DNA of 64,000 bases from Anthoceros angustus (taxonomy: Eukaryota; Plantae; Anthocerotophyta): NCBI GenBank assembly GCA_010909165.1, contig VJWM01000318.1:1-64000 (forward strand). The letters run 5' to 3'. Position numbers and translations under genes: made by a program. The notes beneath the pieces were generated by a model, which did no database searches, was not told the DNA's origin, and saw only the letters and a program-made list of their open reading frames with translations. Shown here piece by piece: positions 58,813-64,000 of the stretch; the first letter of the stretch is position 1, and each line of letters begins with the position of its first letter.

Positions 58813-61800
58813 CGTGGAGCAGTAAAGTTTGGGCAGCAGTCCAAACTAGCCAAAGGAGCGAACACGTTTGATTTTTGGCTAAGACCGATTGAAGAGGAAC
58901 ATGCCAAGAAAACTTGAATCTTGAAGGCTGGGTTGTAAAATATTGTTAGAAGTGAAAAGGATATCCCGAAGAAGAAGCGAAGGCGACCCGAAGCGGAGGC
59001 GGTCAGAAAATGGTAATTGTGAGACTACACCGTGTGCCACCACCCGTAAATTTGAGAAAAAGCGAGACCAGTGGTGGCGGACTACCATGATGGGTTGGCG
59101 GAACCTCGGCGGAAAAATTAATATGAGGATATCCACTATATATGCTCACCAATAGGGGAGTAGATAAATAGGATTAATTAGAAGGTGACTAATTTGAGCG
59201 GATAAGCAGGAAAATAGGTAATTTAGGAAGGCTTAGGTAATTTAGAATGTTGAACCAATCTAGGGTTGGGAACTCTCGGTGGCGACATCCGGAGGGCAAA
59301 GTGCGTTTGGGCCTCTCTTGAGCGGAGGCATCCTCACTTGAAGCGGAGCTGGGCGTAAGGCGGAGGAGAAAAGGAAGGTTGCTATCCGCCATCGCCATCG
59401 CTACGGAGGCGAAGGAGGAAGGAGACGCCATGAAGGAAAGAGAGCGGGGAGGAGAACCCTAGCCAAGTTGAGCCAAGAGGAGGAAGGAGAAGAGCAGAAC
59501 ATGAGGTCTCCTCAACGCGAGCATTGGAAGGAGCGTCAAAGGGCGCAAGGTTGAGGAAATTGGTTGAGGAGGACCTCGACCACCCATACCTGAGGAATCG
59601 CAAGGAAAATTGGCAGCAGTGTAGGAGCGTCATCAAGCCTAACGTGGGAATTGTGCCTCAGGAGGGGTTTGCTGACAGACTCTGGGAGAAGGAGCGTTTG
59701 AGAGCAAGCCTCGAGATTGCCAATTCGGAGAGTAATTCCCTTCCTTTGAAGCATTTGGAGAAGAGAAAGGCACCATGCCTCGAGCTGGAAAAGGCAAGGG
59801 GAAGGAACCGCCTGCCAAGGGCTCCTCCTCGCGAGGAGAAAAAGGAAAGAAGCGGCGGAGAGGCTGCGCCGCGAGAGGAGTGAACTTGTGATGCCCCAAT
59901 TCACTTGCTTTCTTGGGCAGCAACCCTCGGATTTGGTTGATTTTCGTGGGCGAGAGGATAACATCCAATTGGGATGGGTGTATGGCCAATGGGCCTACAC
60001 CAATTTGGAGGATTGAAGAATGTTTCATCAATCCATCAATCGAGGCAGCCCTTGCCGCATTCGGAGAGAAATGCTCGACGGATCCCATTTCTGGGCCGTA
60101 AGGAGCATTCGGCAGTGTATGGGAGGCCGGAGGAGGCTCGAATTGCTCTCCTCGAGAGAGGACAAATGGAGGAAAGAGCGGCCCTCCGAAATTCAGGAGC
60201 TCCTCGACATGATGGATGGAGGAGTGAAGGCCCATGCCAAAAATGGGCTGGAAGGCAGAAGCATCAAGGAGGCTGAAGTGGAGGCTCTTCGCAAAGATTG
60301 TGTCTGGGGTTGGTAAATTACCAAGGACGCCTATTTACACCAACTTCCAATTTTGTGGAAGATTTCAAGAGCCAAGCGGTTGGGGCACCATCATGTATGA
60401 GGCCTACATCCACCAGAGAAAAGCTCCTCAAGCCAAATTCGGTGGATGAGGAAGGGCCCTGCTACCTCGGCACCTATTTGGTGCATTTGTGGGAAAGGGC
60501 TTCTCACAAGCAAGGAATTGGAAGATGCTTGGCATCCTTGAGATAATCCATCTCCGGCCAAGCTTGGAAAGGCCTTGCCTTTTGCATTGAGGAAGGCGTG
60601 GGAGGTCGACCTCCACAAGCATGAGAGCGGAAGAAGTGGAGGCTTGGAGTGGGAATCTTTTCCACAGAGCAAGCAAGGAAGGAGAGCGGCCGAGGAGAGG
60701 CCAAGTATGGTTTATGAGAGGAGCTATGGCCAAGGGTGGGGAGTCCCCACCATCTCATGCCTGAAGAGGCACCCCAGCCTACCGGTAGGGGCGGCCTACA
60801 AGGGGTGGGCAGACTGGTGGACCTACCACGTAGGTGCACTCTAAGGGGGCCTACGCGGCGGGCACCGCCAGCAGGCGCAGCCTGGCGAGGGAAGGAAGGA
60901 AGCGGCCGCGTGGGCGCCGAGGCCGCCTGGGTGGGAGGCGGATGGAGCGGCAGTGAGGGACCCGGCCCGATGGTCCAAGTGCGGGAGGCTGGAAATTTCC
61001 AGCAAGAAGGGAGTGGAATTAGGACCCCTAGGAGAATTCTTTGTGCTTGTGAAGCACTCAACCGTGTGGATTTGAAGGGGCTAGAGACCTAGCAGCCTCC
61101 TTGTGGGCATGCCAAGAGGAGATCAAGACATGGCGGGAGGCGAGGACTAAATGGCAATTGGAGGCCATGGAGTCCGATGAAGGCAGCCAAGTTGGAAAAG
61201 GTAGAGAAGCTCCAGCGACCTCATGGATGAGCGGAGAAAATCCTAGAGGGAAGGTGTCGCGGTGAAGAGAGAGCCATATTGGGCCACAACCCGGGATTCA
61301 TGGAGGCAAAGGCGGAGCATTTTGCCCAATTAGAGCAAACGAAAGGGCAAAAGCGAGGCTCTCTAGGAAGATAGCGGTCCAGCAATTGGAGAGCGGTGAT
61401 GGCTACCCAAGCCATCAATCCGGACATGGAAGAGAAGGATCAGTTCAATTTGGAGGAGAAGCGCTGGAGCGGCTCAAGACCTACAAGCAAGAAATGGGCC
61501 GAGGGCTTGGCAAGAGAAGGAAAAGCTTGCCAAGAGGACTGGAACAAAGGAGGTTCCAAGAGGAGGAGCACAAGAAGGTGGTGCAGAATCTTGGTAGTAG
61601 GAAGCGCGATTTTGGGCGGACTATGCCCTTGAGCAAAATTGGCCAAGAAGTGAGGAGGAGAATGTGACCCTCCATGTCAAGGTGGGGAATTGACCACCTC
61701 AAGGACGCCTACAAGGTAGGTGTGAAGATGGAGAGTGGCCACGGATGATCTGATGCAATATCATAGCTTGGGGCTCACCTCCACAATAGATTTGAAGGCC

Positions 61801-63696
61801 AACAACGAAATCTTGCGTTTGGCCAAGAGGAGGACATTGGGTCCTCATGATGATGGGAAAGGCTGCAGTGCAGCGGAGGCCTCCGATTTTGATGAGGCCA
61901 TCGGTGAAATGGACTCAGGGGTCGAGGGTCGGGAGATGAGGAGCGGCCGTGGCGCCAAGGTGGAAGATGGCGCGAGGCAAGGAGGGGACAGCCCACCCTC
62001 ACGGGGTCAACCTACCACGGTAGGTGACCACCTACCGGTAGTCCGCGGACTACGTGGTGACCACACTCTGGTAGTCCCGGACTAGGGGTGCAGTGCCAGG
62101 GCTGTTGGGGTCGGGCCGAGGCTGGTGAGGATGAAGCCGGGGTCCGTGTATACCCCGAGGAGGCGGTGGGGTGGAGAGACAAAGGAGGGGCGGGACCCGA
62201 CCCGTCGAGGAAGGAGGGTGAGGTTCCCTCCCCAGAGGAGAGCAGGGGCGGAGAAGAGGCCAAAAGGGCCGGAGAAGTTAGACATCGGTGACAATTGGGG
62301 AGAAGACTCTTTAAAGATGCTCTATGGTAGGTATGGACAAATCAAGCGAAGGCAAAAGCAATGGAGATCTTGACCGAAGTCCTCACCGATGCGGAGAAAG
62401 AAGGAAAAGGCGGACTACCATGGTAGGTGGTGACCTACCCGATAGTCTGCCGGACTACGCGGTAGGGTGCGATGAGCGGCGCGACCGGGCGGAGGGCGCC
62501 TGCGCGGGCGCGGTGAAAGGAGGACTTTAGGCGCCGCGAGATGGAGGAAGGGCGGTGTACTTGCACATTAGGAAGGCGACAAGATCGGGAAGGGACAGAG
62601 AAAAGGAGGCGAGGAGCCAATCCACAAGAGACATGTCACCACCCAAGATAAGACTAGAATGGTCAAGACCATAAATGATGAGAGGAATAATAGAAAGGAT
62701 AGGTGATGTGGCGACATCCTTTAAGGATGATCTTAGGTGAAGTTACTAGAATAGAATTTACCAGGATCGATAGACTTAGGTGCCCTTAAATCTTGGCGGT
62801 AGGAAATAATAGAATATTGGAAAAGGTGACTGCGGTAGGGTCACCTAAGGGAGGTTGTATGTGGAAGGCCTCCTATAAGAGGAGGAGGATTTCACAAAGT
62901 AAAGTATCATGTCTTGCGCTTCCATACTCAGTCCTTTGCCATTGAGGAATTTCGTGCATTTGTGAGCCAAGCGTCTGGTAGAGGAAGTCGCGGTGGTCGA
63001 GTGCTTGGTGGAGGACTTGCTCATGCAAGTGCCTAAACGAGTTGCTCCCTTGTGAATGGTTCTTTGTGAAATTGCTTTGCTTTGGGTGTGTGGCAATGCC
63101 GGGAACTCGGCTTGAGGGTAGACTAGGGAAAGACTCCACAGGAGGTTCTGTTGGTGTCAAACTCATAGCCGGCCCAAGGAAGAACTTCTTTGGTGGAGGC
63201 CGAGGCGGTTGTGCCGTGAGGTCGAGCCATGGCAGGCGAGGTTAGAATAGGAGGAAGAGGATGAGGAGATGAGTAGAGGATTAGAAGTGTAGGTGTTGGT
63301 GGAAGGCCGGTAGAGCCTAAGGGACGAATCCCAAATCACCAAGTAAAAGGCGCTCCACAGGTGGAGAGGATTGGTCTTAGAAGTAGGGACAAAATTCGGT
63401 GTGGATCGGGGGTCCCTGGGCGCCGTGGCTCCTTCTTTGCTAAGGCGGGACCTCAATGTGTGTTGTTGTGGGTTGAGAATTGGTGGTCTTCGGGCGGTGC
63501 AAGCGTGTGTAAGAGGGTGAGTAGCGCCTTGCTTGTTTAGAAGGCTGAAGTTGTGTCACTGCGGTGTGATCGGTTATCACAAGACCTCAAACTTTCACAC
63601 AAGTCTCATGGGACGAAACCCAACATACGAAGCGACGGTGGGATAAGTGTGGCCACTAGAGGGGAAGCCTCGAAGCCCCGAGGTTTTCCTCCCACA
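58813..63696 (+). repeat. Complete type-D giant LTR (~4.9 kb), solo-like
   Basis: Starts CGTGGAGCAGTAAAGTTTGGG (T>C variant), ends GGTTTTCCTCCCACA; no PPT before, no PBS after, no TSD seen. Confidence 0.78.
59430..61900 (+). pseudogene. LTR-embedded ORF of type-D LTR
   Basis: KWRLFAKIV..GTIMYEAYIH..CYLGTYLVHLWE core (59880-60560), then coiled coil ending EILRLAKRRTLGPHDD. Confidence 0.62.
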
Positions 63697-64000
63697 AGAG
63701 GGAGAAGGTCCTACCATGGTAGGAGGAGCGAAGAATGGTCAAGGGCTGCTAGCATGGATTTGTGGCAGGGAGGCGAGTACCTCGGCCCTTGCGGGAAAGG
63801 AGGAAGAGGTGGTCAATCTTGCAGGGGTGGAGCAAGAATCACAAGGAGAAGACCAACCTCCTAACATGGGTGCAGGAGCAAGGAGCTCACTTGCTCCACA
63901 AGTGAGAGGAAGAGGAGGCGAGGATGAGCCGGTGGCTAAGAGAGCCCGGCTATTTTATTGGAGGAAGAAACTGAGGCGCCAAGATAAGGAGGGGATTCAT
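63697..64000 (+). repeat. Mid-part of a type-A LTR
   Basis: Matches 1467-1780 and 28975-29270. Confidence 0.8.

Noticed and set aside
58808-63701. Target-site duplication around the type-D solo LTR, and around A1 and B1
   Set aside because: Flanks differ (ATCAA vs AGAGG for type D); none found for A1 or B1.

Overview
Eukaryotic (plant/streptophyte-like) DNA made almost entirely of nested, broken LTR retrotransposons; no host gene, rRNA, tRNA or CRISPR array was found. Most of the window belongs to related non-chromovirus Ty3/Gypsy families (Athila-like: tRNA-Asp PBS TGGCGCCGTTGCCGGGGA). Their LTRs, defined by PPT, TGTGG...CCACA termini and PBS, are unusually long (about 3.9-5.5 kb). Types A and D carry a protein-coding ORF inside the LTR. 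Two complete but internally deleted elements lie at about 11287-22393 and 24856-39718. A gag-pol copy of a third family lies at 3.0-8.6 kb, and a minus-strand RT-RH-INT copy at 45.7-49.2 kb. Two Ty1/Copia fragments lie at 50.9-54.4 kb. The most notable feature is a minus-strand Gypsy element (54.4-58.8 kb) whose polyprotein carries a C5 cytosine DNA methyltransferase domain between protease and reverse transcriptase; motifs I, IV, VI, VIII and X are all readable across frameshifts. Sister copies differ mostly by small indels, so many frameshifts may be sequencing error. All domain calls were made by eye from translations, boundaries are approximate unless a terminal motif is quoted, and no database search was run.
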